52,356 bases of DNA from Acidimicrobiaceae bacterium. GTDB lineage: Bacteria > Actinomycetota > Acidimicrobiia > Acidimicrobiales > Palsa-688. This document shows positions 9,277 to 19,073 of this stretch, piece by piece. Within the stretch, counting starts at the first letter, position 1. Each line of letters starts with the position of its first letter. A program made the position numbers and the translations under genes. Where the stretch lies: positions 1 to 52,356 of the forward strand of contig JAUTXN010000137.1 in the NCBI GenBank assembly GCA_030838045.1. Direction: 5' to 3'. The notes below the pieces were generated by a model. The model saw only the letters and a list, made by a program, of their open reading frames with translations. It searched no databases and had not been told where the DNA came from.

Positions 9277-9686
9277 CCCGCGCGGGCCGGCCTCGGCAGC
9301 GGCGCCCCACCCAGTCAAGAGCGAATCATCGCGAGCCCGGCACATGAATTGGTCGCCGCCGAGTCGCGCCGCCTTTCGTCGCCGATTTGTCCCGCTTTGT
9401 CGGGCCACGGCGGTCGACCGCGCTGCCGGACAATCCTCCGGCGGGAGTGTGCCCTGCGGTGCTGTATCTTGTTCACAGGCGCTTGGCGATTTTGTCGCAG
9501 GCCCACTCTTTGTTTCCAAAGGCTGAGCGGTTTCTGCCGAAAGACCCGCAGAATCGCAGAGTTTGGATGACAACCATTTCTCCCGTTTGCCCAAAGCATT
9601 TCGAGGGAACTCCAATATGGAACGGGTGTCCTCGGCGATGTGGGCCCGTTTGGGTGTCAAGTCAACCAAGAGAGGATGTCGGCGAT

Positions 9687-10403
9687 GTGGGCACAACGGT
9701 GGCATCCCGCCCCGACCTTGCGCGCCTTGACGTCCGCCACTTGACCTCGACGCGGACCAGTCGGGTCGTCGCCTTGGCCTTGGGCACGGTCCTAGTCGGC
9801 GCTTGCGCGTCCGCGGCGCCGCGCGCCGCGAGTGTCGATGTCGTCGCGTCGAGGACGTCGCCGGCGGTCGCGGTCGCATCGCCCCTCCGTGCGACAGGTT
9901 CCAACCCGGCACTCGTCGATCGGCGGGTCTTTGTCGAGGGAGACTCGCTCACCGTCGGAGTGACGCCATTCCTACCGGCTCTCCTCTACGACGCCGGATG
10001 GAGCCCGACCATGGACGACCAGATCGGGCGGACCACCGCTACAGGTATCGGCATTCTCGCCGAACGGTCATGGGATGTCGGGGGGACCCTTGTGATGGCG
10101 CTTGGGACCAACGACACCCCCGACCCGATCGAGTTCTCGTCGCTCATAGACGAGGTGATGACCATGGCCGCAGGGCGGCGAGTCATCTGGGTCACCGTTG
10201 CCCGAGCCGGCTGGGACTCGCTCAACCGCGCCCTGTTTGCTGCCGAGGCCAGGTGGTCCGATCTCCATGTCATCGACTGGAGACCGATAATCGCCGCCCG
10301 GCCCGCCATGAGGGCGGCCGACGGCATCCACCTCACGCTCGAAGGCTACGAGTTGCGAGCCCAGTTCATCGCCGCCGCGATCGGGAATGCGACAGCCGGG
10401 TAG
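9687..10403 (+). CDS. SGNH/GDSL-type hydrolase, probable lipoprotein
   Basis: Block I is VFVEGDSLTVG, followed by ALGTNDT and a C-terminal DGIHLT block. The signal peptide has lipobox LVGAC (RTSRVVALALGTVLVGACAS). The start is ambiguous: GTG 9687 after gagagga, or TTG 9741. The ORF-track start at 9387 lies in an AT-richer, non-coding-looking leader. Confidence 0.75.
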   Translation: MGTTVASRPDLARLDVRHLTSTRTSRVVALALGTVLVGACASAAPRAASVDVVASRTSPAVAVASPLRATGSNPALVDRRVFVEGDSLTVGVTPFLPALLYDAGWSPTMDDQIGRTTATGIGILAERSWDVGGTLVMALGTNDTPDPIEFSSLIDEVMTMAAGRRVIWVTVARAGWDSLNRALFAAEARWSDLHVIDWRPIIAARPAMRAADGIHLTLEGYELRAQFIAAAIGNATAG

Positions 10404-10531
10404 CGCACATTTGCCTACCGTCGGGCGCCGCGCCGCGCAGACGGGCGCATCCTTGTCGCGATGGCAATACCGACGCCGACGACCGGTTCGGCGACAAGGG
10501 AGGGCGAACGGCTGGCCTTGCCGTCCGGGAG

Positions 10532-11554
<1,023 letters not shown>

Positions 11555-11587
11555 GGTCCGCTACTCCTTTCGGTTGTATGTGAGAGA

Positions 11588-11818
11588 TCAGGGAGCGCAG
11601 GATCCGCCGCAGACGGCGATCTTGTACTCGATGGCGTTGAGCGCCGCGGTGAGGCGGAGACGGGTGATGAACACCACTTGGCCACTGCTGTGGCGGGCCA
11701 CGTCCAGTAGACCGATCCGCTCGTAGTACCGCAGCGTGTGGGCCGTCACGTCGGTGCGTTCCGCCACCTCGGCGATGGTGTAGGTCCGTTCGTCGATGGC
11801 AAGGGGCACGCGAACCAC
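11588..11818 (-). CDS. MerR-family HTH protein, unusually short (76 aa)
   Basis: YTIAEVAERTDVTAHTLRYYERIGLL is the MerR HTH. The region after ARHSSGQ jumps straight to VVFITRLRLTA and the protein ends in CGGSCAP, with no full dimerisation or effector part. It lies directly upstream of the AKR gene. Confidence 0.65.
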   Translation of the reverse strand: MVRVPLAIDERTYTIAEVAERTDVTAHTLRYYERIGLLDVARHSSGQVVFITRLRLTAALNAIEYKIAVCGGSCAP

Positions 11819-11851
11819 GCTACGGCTTCGAGCGCACTCGAAGTCAAGTGG

Positions 11852-12790
11852 CTACATCGCAGGGTGCGCCTGTTGGTGGTGGGCCCGGAGCACGTCGTCG
11901 CCGAAGTCGGCGGCCGGATCGCGGACGACGGTGTGCACATGGTTGGCGCCGTTCTGCGTGTTGTCGAGCTCGATCAGGAGTCGGGGGCCCGCGATCCGGT
12001 AGTAGTGGCCCTCCCCAGGTTCCGACGCGCCCGCCCAGGCGAACGTGGCGTTGCGGGCATCGGGTCGGAGGACGCCTGGAGGAAAGCGACCCAGGTACAC
12101 GTCCAAGAGGGCTGTGGCGCACGCCGCCGCCGAGGCGCGCAGGACCGAAAGGGGGAGGCCTTCACGCCCCAGTGTCGGCGGCGGGTCGAGCCGGGGGAGG
12201 TTGCGGGTCACGATGTCCTTTGGTGCTTCGTCGGCGACGACCGCCGCAGCGCGCTCGTCGGTCGTCAGGGCGTGGAGCAGTTCGAACCCCAGCTCCTCCT
12301 CGGGCGCCAGGGGGGCGACGACAGGATGTCCGCCGTCATCGATCCGGGCCGGGTTGGCCCCGAGGAACAGCGGCGTCAGCCGGGCATCGCCGCCACAGAA
12401 GGACGCATGGATCGAGACATGGTGGCCTTCGAACCGCACGCCCCACATCTCGGCCCCGGGCTGGCCGAACATGGTCATCCAGTAATCCCCGCTGTGGCGC
12501 CGGTCGCCGGGGTATCCCTCCAACCGGTCGAGGACCTCTTCAAGGCCCATGATGGTGACGACCCGGGCGTAGGCGGGCAGGGGCATCAGGGCCGCCAGCA
12601 GGCGATGGGCGGCCTTTGTCTGGGGGCGGTCGAGGGCGGACAGTGGCACCCCTCGCCGGCTGGTCGGCCAGTAGGCCCACGTGCGCCGTTCCGCCTCGTC
12701 GAATGGGAGCAGGGCCGTCTGCGACTGGTCCTCGTCAAGCGTTCGGACAAACGCCCGCGCCGCGGCGCCGACTGATTCTGAGACTCCCAC
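11852..12790 (-). CDS. DUF3500 domain-containing protein
   Basis: The motifs WAYWP, GDYWMTMFGQPG...WGVRFEGHHVSI and HYYRIAGPRLLIELDNTQNGANHVHTVVRDPAADFGDD match my memory of DUF3500. Confidence 0.85.
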   Translation of the reverse strand: MGVSESVGAAARAFVRTLDEDQSQTALLPFDEAERRTWAYWPTSRRGVPLSALDRPQTKAAHRLLAALMPLPAYARVVTIMGLEEVLDRLEGYPGDRRHSGDYWMTMFGQPGAEMWGVRFEGHHVSIHASFCGGDARLTPLFLGANPARIDDGGHPVVAPLAPEEELGFELLHALTTDERAAAVVADEAPKDIVTRNLPRLDPPPTLGREGLPLSVLRASAAACATALLDVYLGRFPPGVLRPDARNATFAWAGASEPGEGHYYRIAGPRLLIELDNTQNGANHVHTVVRDPAADFGDDVLRAHHQQAHPAM

Positions 12791-12900
12791 GAAATGGAGC
12801 CTACGAGCCGGCGCTCGGCTGGCCGCGGGCGGGCCGCAGCGACCGAACCCCGCCCAGGTGTCGTAGGGTCATCAGAAGGACTCTCACGTGGGAGGCAGCG

Positions 12901-13293
12901 ATGGGTTTCTTCGACAAGGTCAAGGAACAGGCCGAGAAGGCCAAGGTTCAGGCGCAGGATCTCAAGGGCAAGGTCGGCGAAAAGGTCGACGAGGTGCAGA
13001 GCAAGCGCAAGGCCGACGAACTCCTCGATGACCTAGGACGGTTCTTGTACGCCGAGCGGATCGGCCGGCCCCAGCCGGGTGCCGATTCCGAGATCGAGCG
13101 CATCGTCCAGGAGTTGAAAGCCTTGGAGGATGACGGCATAGAGATTCTGCCTGCGGCTCCGACGCCCCCGGTCTCCGAACCGGCGACGGAGGCCCCGTCC
13201 GAGCCTGCCGCCGCCGCCGAACCGGCGTCAGCACCGGCGTCAGCAACAGCGCCAGTGCCACCTCCGACCGCGGCGCCCGATACCCCGGCGTAA
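12901..13293 (+). CDS. hypothetical protein: helical charged N-terminus plus Pro/Ala-rich tail
   Basis: ATG 12901 is preceded by gggaggcagcg (SD). The protein reads MGFFDKVKEQAEKAKVQAQDLKGKVGEKVDEVQSKRKADELLDDLGRFLYAER..., followed by a PAAPTPPVSEPATEAPSEPAAAAEP tail. The ORF-track start at 12616 adds an Arg-rich, non-protein-like leader. Confidence 0.6.
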   Translation: MGFFDKVKEQAEKAKVQAQDLKGKVGEKVDEVQSKRKADELLDDLGRFLYAERIGRPQPGADSEIERIVQELKALEDDGIEILPAAPTPPVSEPATEAPSEPAAAAEPASAPASATAPVPPPTAAPDTPA

Positions 13294-13339
13294 CGACTGG
13301 CCGGCGCTGACCTGAGCCACCCCCGGGCACGGTGCAGCC

Positions 13340-14035
13340 ATGACCAAGCCGAAGCTGCTGCTGACCGGGGCGGCGGGCCGCATTGGGCGGGCGATCAGCC
13401 CGGCGCTGGAAGAACGCTGGGATGTCGCAGCCACCGACCTGCCGGGGACCGGCTTGGCGGAACTCGATGTCACCGACCTGGCCGCCTGCCGGCAGGCGTG
13501 CGCCGGGATGGACGCCGTGGTCCACATGGCGGGCGTTCCCGATCCGAACGCCGACTGGGACGCGCTCCTGCCGGCCAACGTCGTCGGCACCCATCACATC
13601 GCTCGGGCGGCCATGGACCGCGGCGTGCGCCGCTTGGTGCTGGCCAGTAGCGCCCAAGCCGTGGCCGGCTACCCGCCCGGCCGCCAGCTTCGGGCCGAGG
13701 ACCGGGTGCGCCCGCCCAACCTTTATGGCGCGACCAAGGCGTGGGCTGAAGCGATCGGCTCCTGGGCCGCCTCTTCGTCTGACACGACGGTCGTCGTCCT
13801 TCGTATCGGATTCTTCGCCGAGCGACCTCCGAAAGGCGCGGATGCGACACCGCGCAACATGGCGGCGTGGCTGAGCCACCGAGACGCCGCCCGATTGGTG
13901 GTGGCCGCGGTCGAGGCGGACAACGTCCGTTACTTCGTCGCCAACGGGATCTCGGCCAACCGGTACCAGCACCTGGACCTGACGACGACCCGCAACACCA
14001 TCGGTTACGCACCACTCGACGATGCGTGGGCGTAG
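13340..14035 (+). CDS. NAD(P)-dependent oxidoreductase (epimerase/dehydratase family, short form)
   Basis: The Rossmann motif is LLLTGAAGRIGRAI. It also has DAVVHMAG, LVLASSAQAV and the catalytic YGATK. Confidence 0.85.
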   Translation: MTKPKLLLTGAAGRIGRAISPALEERWDVAATDLPGTGLAELDVTDLAACRQACAGMDAVVHMAGVPDPNADWDALLPANVVGTHHIARAAMDRGVRRLVLASSAQAVAGYPPGRQLRAEDRVRPPNLYGATKAWAEAIGSWAASSSDTTVVVLRIGFFAERPPKGADATPRNMAAWLSHRDAARLVVAAVEADNVRYFVANGISANRYQHLDLTTTRNTIGYAPLDDAWA

Positions 14036-14038
14036 CCG

Positions 14039-14647
14039 TTATTCGGAGACGAGTTTCTCGCAGATGGCGTCGATGAACGGAAGGACATTGGCGCCCGAGT
14101 CGCCGGTGACCAAGTCTGCGTCGGTCACAACGGGCGCTGGGTCATAGACGGCACCGGCATTGAGTATGTCGGCGAGCACCACTCGGTGGCAGGTGACACG
14201 CCGGCCTTTGAGCAGATCCGGATTCGGGGTGACGATCCAGAGCCCGTGACAGAGTGCCCCTTTCACGATGGTGGGCGCGGCCATGGCCCGGGCGAAGAAC
14301 TGGACCGCCGGGGCGCTGCGGACAAGCTCCGCCCAGTCGGTGCTCGAATTGTCGGGTGGGACGAAATAGCGCAACCGCACGCTGACGTAGTTGGCGCACA
14401 TGATCACGGCGTCGTAATCCTCGACGTTCACCGAATCCAGATCGATGTTCACCGTTAGGGTCTCCAACGCCTTGCCAAGCTTGTCGACGTCGCTGACGAA
14501 TGTCACTTCGGAGTTCCCCCACAGCCGGGAAACAAGGTCCACGGTTGCGCCCCGCTCCGGAAACACCCGCTGGTAGGCCGCGATCTCCTCGGGGATGTAC
14601 TCACTTTCGACCAATACCGCAACGCGCTTTCCGTCGAGGTCGCTCAT
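14039..14647 (-). CDS. DJ-1/PfpI family protein
   Basis: ATG 14647 follows gggaggg (SD). Motifs are KRVAVLVESEYIPEE, YDAVIM and the nucleophile-elbow Cys context GALCHGLWIV. Confidence 0.85.
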   Translation of the reverse strand: MSDLDGKRVAVLVESEYIPEEIAAYQRVFPERGATVDLVSRLWGNSEVTFVSDVDKLGKALETLTVNIDLDSVNVEDYDAVIMCANYVSVRLRYFVPPDNSSTDWAELVRSAPAVQFFARAMAAPTIVKGALCHGLWIVTPNPDLLKGRRVTCHRVVLADILNAGAVYDPAPVVTDADLVTGDSGANVLPFIDAICEKLVSE

Positions 14648-14723
14648 AGTTGTTCCCTCCCTGCTCGCACCATGAGCATAGGAGGCGGTGGCTGGGCTGA
14701 CCTGCGCCACCTATCCTCGCCCG

Positions 14724-15299
14724 ATGGGCCGCGCCACCCGATCGACGCGGGAGGACTGGGTCGTGGCTGCCTACAAGGCCGCGGGTCGAGGCGGGGTGGA
14801 TGCCATCGCCATCGAGCCCCTCGCGGCCGAACTCGGAGTCAGCAAAGGTGGCTTCTATTACCGCTTCGCGGCTCGCGAGGAACTCATCGCCGCGACCCTT
14901 GATCACTGGAGCGCCGAGGCCCGGCGCCTCATGCAACGATGCGCCACCATCGCCGACCCGGTGGAACAGCTGCGAACGTTCCTGGGCCTGGCCATGCGCG
15001 ACGAGCAACTCCGCCGGGTTGACGCGTGGTTTTTCCTCCACACCTCGACGCACCCGCTGGTACGCCCCGTCGCCCGCCAGGCGGCGGCAGAGAACGTCGC
15101 GTGGTTCGCGTCCGTCCTGGCCAGCACCGGCATCGCGGACCAGAATGCCGCCCGTCGGGCGAGAGTGTGTTGGTCGGCCTATCTCGGGATGGTCGCCGAG
15201 CTGATGGCGTCCGACGACCCGGCGGTCGACTCGGAGGTCACCGAGATGGCCGACCTCCTCGTCGAGTTGATCGTGGCCCGCGGCGAGCCGGCGCCGTAG
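14724..15299 (+). CDS. TetR/AcrR-family transcriptional regulator
   Basis: The HTH is WVVAAYKAAGRGGVDAIAIEPLAAELGVSKGGFYYRFAAREELIAA. ATG 14724 verified on the sequence. It is divergent from the DJ-1 gene, with a 76-bp spacer. Confidence 0.85.
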   Translation: MGRATRSTREDWVVAAYKAAGRGGVDAIAIEPLAAELGVSKGGFYYRFAAREELIAATLDHWSAEARRLMQRCATIADPVEQLRTFLGLAMRDEQLRRVDAWFFLHTSTHPLVRPVARQAAAENVAWFASVLASTGIADQNAARRARVCWSAYLGMVAELMASDDPAVDSEVTEMADLLVELIVARGEPAP

Positions 15300-15310
15300 C
15301 TGCCGCCGCG

Positions 15311-15430
15311 GCAAACCCCGACCCAGACCCCGACGCAAACCCCGACCCAGACCCCGACGCAAACCCCGACCCAGACCCCGACGCAAACCCCGACCCAGAC
15401 CCCGACGCAAACCCCGACGCAAACTCCGAC
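15311..15430. repeat. tandem repeat, 10 x 12 bp (alternating gcaaaccccgac / ccagaccccgac, so about 5 x 24 bp)
   Basis: Read directly. There are four perfect 24-mers at 15311-15406, then gcaaaccccgac and gcaaactccgac. The array is intergenic, between the TetR stop (15299) and the Rieske oxygenase start (15505). Confidence 0.95.
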
Positions 15431-15504
15431 GCCAGACACAAGCAAGATGATCGACCCCCAACCGATACCCGGCGGTCCCTGACCCGACACACCGGTTTTA
15501 TACG

Positions 15505-16632
15505 GTGCCGTATATGCACCCGGGGATCGCCGCCGCGACGGGCTACCTGCTCCCGCCCGAGGCCTACTGGACCGAAGAATGGTTCGAGCGGGAGCAACGC
15601 CTCCTCTTCTCCCGCACCTGGCATCTGGCGGCATCCGAGACGGACCTGGCCAACCCGGGCGACTTCGTGACCCTGGAGGCGGGCTTCGACCCCCTCGTCG
15701 TCGTGCGCGGGCTCGACGGTGAGCTGCGCTGCTTCCACAATCTGTGCCGTCACCGGGGCATGGGGTTGCTCGCCGGGTGCGGCAACACCCGTACCGGCAT
15801 TGTCTGCCCCTACCACTTCTGGAACTTCGGCCTCGACGGCCGGCTGCGAAGGGTCCCCCAACTGGAGGATCAATTCCCCGGCATGGACCTGGCCTCCTGG
15901 GGGCTGCTCCCCGGATCGGTGGGCACCTGGGGCGGCATGGTCTTCGCCCACCCCGACCCGGACGCGGGAACCCTCGACTCGTGGCTCGGCGAGTTGCCGA
16001 AGAACATCGGCAGCTTCCAACCCGCCCTTTTGACCGAGGTCGCCCACGAACACCTTGTTGCCCAGTGCAACTGGAAGCTGTTCGTCGAGAACCACGTGGA
16101 CGTCCTGCACCTGTGGTATCTCCACGCAGGCACCCTCGCCGACTTCGACCATCCGCGCTTCGAGTGGCAGCAACTCGGCCGCAACTGGGTGAGCTTCGAG
16201 CCGCTGAAGCGCGGGGTGGACAATCCCCGCCTCAACGCGGCCACGACGACGATCAAGCACATCGACGAGCGCGATGCCGCGGGCCTCGGAGCCCACGCCG
16301 CCTTCCCGAATGTGTTGATGGCCACGTCGTCGGAGTTCTTCGTCACCTATGTGGCCCGGCCGGTCGCACCCGACCGCACCGTCGTCGACCTGCGCATCCG
16401 CGCCGAGCCCGACGCCGACGCGGCGGCACTCGTTCGCTCGGCCACGTCGTTCATCGTCGAGGACATCGGGGGCTGTGAGCGGGTCCAAGCCAGCGTCCGG
16501 TCCTCCCGCTTCGGAGCCGGCCCCCTCGCACGCGACCACGAGCGCCCGATCACGCTGTTCCACCAGCACCTGTCCGAGGCCCTCGGCGTCACCTCGACCA
16601 ACGGAGCCGCCGCGTGCGCCCCCAACGCCTGA
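15505..16632 (+). CDS. Rieske [2Fe-2S] non-haem-iron oxygenase, alpha-subunit type
   Basis: The Rieske motif is CFHNLCRHRG...CPYHFWNF. The mononuclear-iron region is ENHVDVLHLWYLH. The start is GTG 15505 or ATG 15514. Confidence 0.9.
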   Translation: MPYMHPGIAAATGYLLPPEAYWTEEWFEREQRLLFSRTWHLAASETDLANPGDFVTLEAGFDPLVVVRGLDGELRCFHNLCRHRGMGLLAGCGNTRTGIVCPYHFWNFGLDGRLRRVPQLEDQFPGMDLASWGLLPGSVGTWGGMVFAHPDPDAGTLDSWLGELPKNIGSFQPALLTEVAHEHLVAQCNWKLFVENHVDVLHLWYLHAGTLADFDHPRFEWQQLGRNWVSFEPLKRGVDNPRLNAATTTIKHIDERDAAGLGAHAAFPNVLMATSSEFFVTYVARPVAPDRTVVDLRIRAEPDADAAALVRSATSFIVEDIGGCERVQASVRSSRFGAGPLARDHERPITLFHQHLSEALGVTSTNGAAACAPNA

Positions 16633-16637
16633 TCGCC

Positions 16638-18248
16638 ATGACCAAGCGCATGGTCGGGCCTGCGGTCGTCCTGGCCCTCAGCGCCACGCTCGTGGCCGGG
16701 GGGTGCAGTGCGTCGAAGACCGCGTCGAGCAGCACCGGCACGTCGAATGCCCAAAGCGGCTCGGCGGCCACGGCGAAGGCTCCGGCGACGCTCAACATGG
16801 CGTTCAATGCCGACATGCAGGTCCCCGACCCCGACATCTTTTACGAGGTCGAGGGCAACGCCGTGATGACATCGGCGTACGAGGGGCTGATCCGATACGC
16901 CCCCAACGCCACCGATTTCGAGCCGTCCCTGGCCGAGAGCTACTCCGCCTCGGCCGACGGCCTCACCTATACCTTCAAGCTCCGCTCCGGCGTCACCTTC
17001 CACGACGGCACCGCGATGACGTCGAACGACGCCAAGGCCAGCTTCACCCGCCGGAGCGCCTTGGGCTCGGTGTCGGCCCCTGGCTACATGCTGGCCGATG
17101 TCGCGGGCTACGACACACCCGATCCCACCACGTTCGTGATCCACCTGAAGGAACCGGTCTCGGCGTTCCTCGACTACCTGGCGTCACCATACGGCCCCAA
17201 AGTGCTGAGCTCGGCGACGCTGACAGCGCACGCCGGATCGGATCTGGCCCAGTCCTGGCTGAAGAACCACGACGCCGGCACCGGGCCCTACACCATGAGC
17301 GAGTTCACGCAGGGCGATCATTACACGCTGACCGCGGTGCCCAACTACTGGGGAACCAAGCCCGCCGTGACGACGGTCCACATCGCCATCCTCCCCGACA
17401 TCACGACCCAGCAACTGGAGCTGACCAACGGCCAGCTCCAACTGATCATGCACGGCCTGTCCAAGAACGACATCGCCAGTTACGAGCACAACCCGAAGTT
17501 CCAGGTCCAGCGTTTCCCCGCCAACTTCAAGTCCATGCTCATGGTCAACCAGAACAAGGGGATCTTCAAGAGCCAGGAACTGCGCACCGCCCTGCAGTCG
17601 GCCATCAACCGCCAGCAGATCGTGAGCAGCGTGTATGGCGACGCCAACGCCCAACTGTCGACGCAGACGTACCCGACGACCGAGCTGCCGGGCAACCTGG
17701 CGGTCGACAGCCCCAAGTTCGATCCAGCCCTCCTGGCCAGCGCGGCCAAGTCGCTGGCCAACAAGAAGGTGGACATCGGATACACGAGCGACGACGCCCG
17801 CAATCAGCTGGCTGCCGAGCTCATCCAGACCGAGCTGCAGGCGGCGGGACTCGACGCCACGACGCGCGGCATCACCCTCGCCACGACCTTCGACCTCCCC
17901 AACCATCCTGACCAGGCGCCCGACCTGCTGATGACCGTCCAGAACCCCGACGCCTCGCACCCCGACAACTGGGCCCGCATCTTCCAGAACACCAAGGGAT
18001 CGCTCAACTGGCTCCAGTGCTCGGTGCCCGCGGCCGACACCGAAATGGATCTGGGTCTGCACGCCACGACCATCAACGACGTCCAGGCGCACTACGGCAA
18101 GGCCGGCGACCTGCTCCAGAAGGCGGCGTGCTTCGACAACATCGCCGACGTCAAGGAGATCGTGGTGGCCCAGGCTGGGTACACGGGGTGGTCGCACCAG
18201 TTGTCGGGCCTGTTCACCGTGCGCTTCGCCAGCTTGAAACTCAACTGA
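16638..18248 (+). CDS. ABC-transporter family-5 (peptide/nickel-type) solute-binding lipoprotein
   Basis: ATG 16638 verified. The signal peptide has lipobox LVAGGC. The SBP_bac_5-like body includes LNMAFNAD..., GLIRY..., SYSASADGLTYTFKLRSGVTFHDGT, GTGPYTMSEF and NYWG. Confidence 0.9.
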   Translation: MTKRMVGPAVVLALSATLVAGGCSASKTASSSTGTSNAQSGSAATAKAPATLNMAFNADMQVPDPDIFYEVEGNAVMTSAYEGLIRYAPNATDFEPSLAESYSASADGLTYTFKLRSGVTFHDGTAMTSNDAKASFTRRSALGSVSAPGYMLADVAGYDTPDPTTFVIHLKEPVSAFLDYLASPYGPKVLSSATLTAHAGSDLAQSWLKNHDAGTGPYTMSEFTQGDHYTLTAVPNYWGTKPAVTTVHIAILPDITTQQLELTNGQLQLIMHGLSKNDIASYEHNPKFQVQRFPANFKSMLMVNQNKGIFKSQELRTALQSAINRQQIVSSVYGDANAQLSTQTYPTTELPGNLAVDSPKFDPALLASAAKSLANKKVDIGYTSDDARNQLAAELIQTELQAAGLDATTRGITLATTFDLPNHPDQAPDLLMTVQNPDASHPDNWARIFQNTKGSLNWLQCSVPAADTEMDLGLHATTINDVQAHYGKAGDLLQKAACFDNIADVKEIVVAQAGYTGWSHQLSGLFTVRFASLKLN

Positions 18249-18357
18249 CCGATCCCGGCTGACTCGTCGGGTTTGGCCGTCACCCTGGCGGGTTATCTCC
18301 TTACCGGACGGCTACTTGATGGTTCCCCGAGACGGTGGCCTCCAGGGGGAGGACCCC

Positions 18358-19068
18358 ATGAGCAGCGTTCCGCCGTATCAGCGGCCCGAGCAAACCTATG
18401 GCGCGGCGCCTCCGGACGCCGGGTACCGCGATCCCGCCGCCCCGCCCGGTTGGCGAGGCGACCCCGGTCCCGCCGGGCCGGCACCGGCCACCCCGCCCCC
18501 GCCGGGCGCCTGGGCCCAGCCGCCCTCGGGCTACGCCGACCCCAACTACCCCGATCCCGCCTACCAGCCCCAGGCCGGGTACGGCCCGGGCTACCGCCAG
18601 CCCCGGGTGCGCCGGACCGGCCCCGGCCTGGCGACAGTCGCCCCGGCTCTGTTTGCCTCACTGATCATCAGCATCGGCGTGGTCGTGCTGTTTATCGGCA
18701 ACCTCTTCGTCGCCCTCGGAGCGCCCCACGGGACCGCGGGCCGGGACCGGTTCCTGCAGTTCCTGGCGCCCGCCGACGTGGCCGTTGCCGCGGCCATGGT
18801 CCTGGCGGTGGCGTTGGTCGTGCTCCAGCGCCAGATGCCCGCCGACGCCCCGGTGGTCGGGGCCCGCGGTGGTCGGGTCCGCTCGATCGCCCTCGTAGCG
18901 GGGGGTGTCGCGGCCTTCGTGGCCTTGGCCGCAGTGGTTCGAGGCTTTATGATCCTGACCGTCCCGCATCAGCCGGGAGCGGTCAAGTTCGGCGAACTTG
19001 TGGCGGCACTCGCGGTGGCCGCGATCGCCGCCTCGGCCGCCTGGTGGGCGCTGCGCCACCGCTGGTAA
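18358..19068 (+). CDS. membrane protein with Pro/Tyr-rich cytoplasmic N-terminus (hypothetical)
   Basis: ATG 18358 follows ggggagg. The N-terminal part (about 85 aa) is PPYQRPEQTYGAAPPDAGYRDPAAPPGW...YQPQAGYGPGYRQP, followed by about four hydrophobic helices. Confidence 0.65.
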   Translation: MSSVPPYQRPEQTYGAAPPDAGYRDPAAPPGWRGDPGPAGPAPATPPPPGAWAQPPSGYADPNYPDPAYQPQAGYGPGYRQPRVRRTGPGLATVAPALFASLIISIGVVVLFIGNLFVALGAPHGTAGRDRFLQFLAPADVAVAAAMVLAVALVVLQRQMPADAPVVGARGGRVRSIALVAGGVAAFVALAAVVRGFMILTVPHQPGAVKFGELVAALAVAAIAASAAWWALRHRW

Positions 19069-19073
19069 CGCAG

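Noticed and set aside
9277-9686. A c-di-AMP (ydaO-type) or other known riboswitch upstream of the SGNH hydrolase.
   Set aside because: I looked for the conserved GGGGA.CCCA, GGGGUGAAUC and ACCCGAA..CCG blocks and did not find them. Only vague fragments are present (gctgagcgg, ccgaaagacccgc, gaatcgc). This is not sufficient for a call.
15311-15430. A possible CRISPR array (and likewise for 27556..27621 and 29928..29959).
   Set aside because: The units are contiguous with no unique spacers, are only 8-24 bp long, and no cas genes are present. They are simple tandem repeats.
15026-15670. A 214-aa ORF that would translate the 12-bp array as an (ANPDPDPD)n repeat protein.
   Set aside because: Its N-terminal half overlaps the TetR gene out of frame and its C-terminal part overlaps the Rieske gene start. 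Apart from the repeat, the sequence is Arg/Pro/Gly-rich noise. The array is better treated as intergenic.
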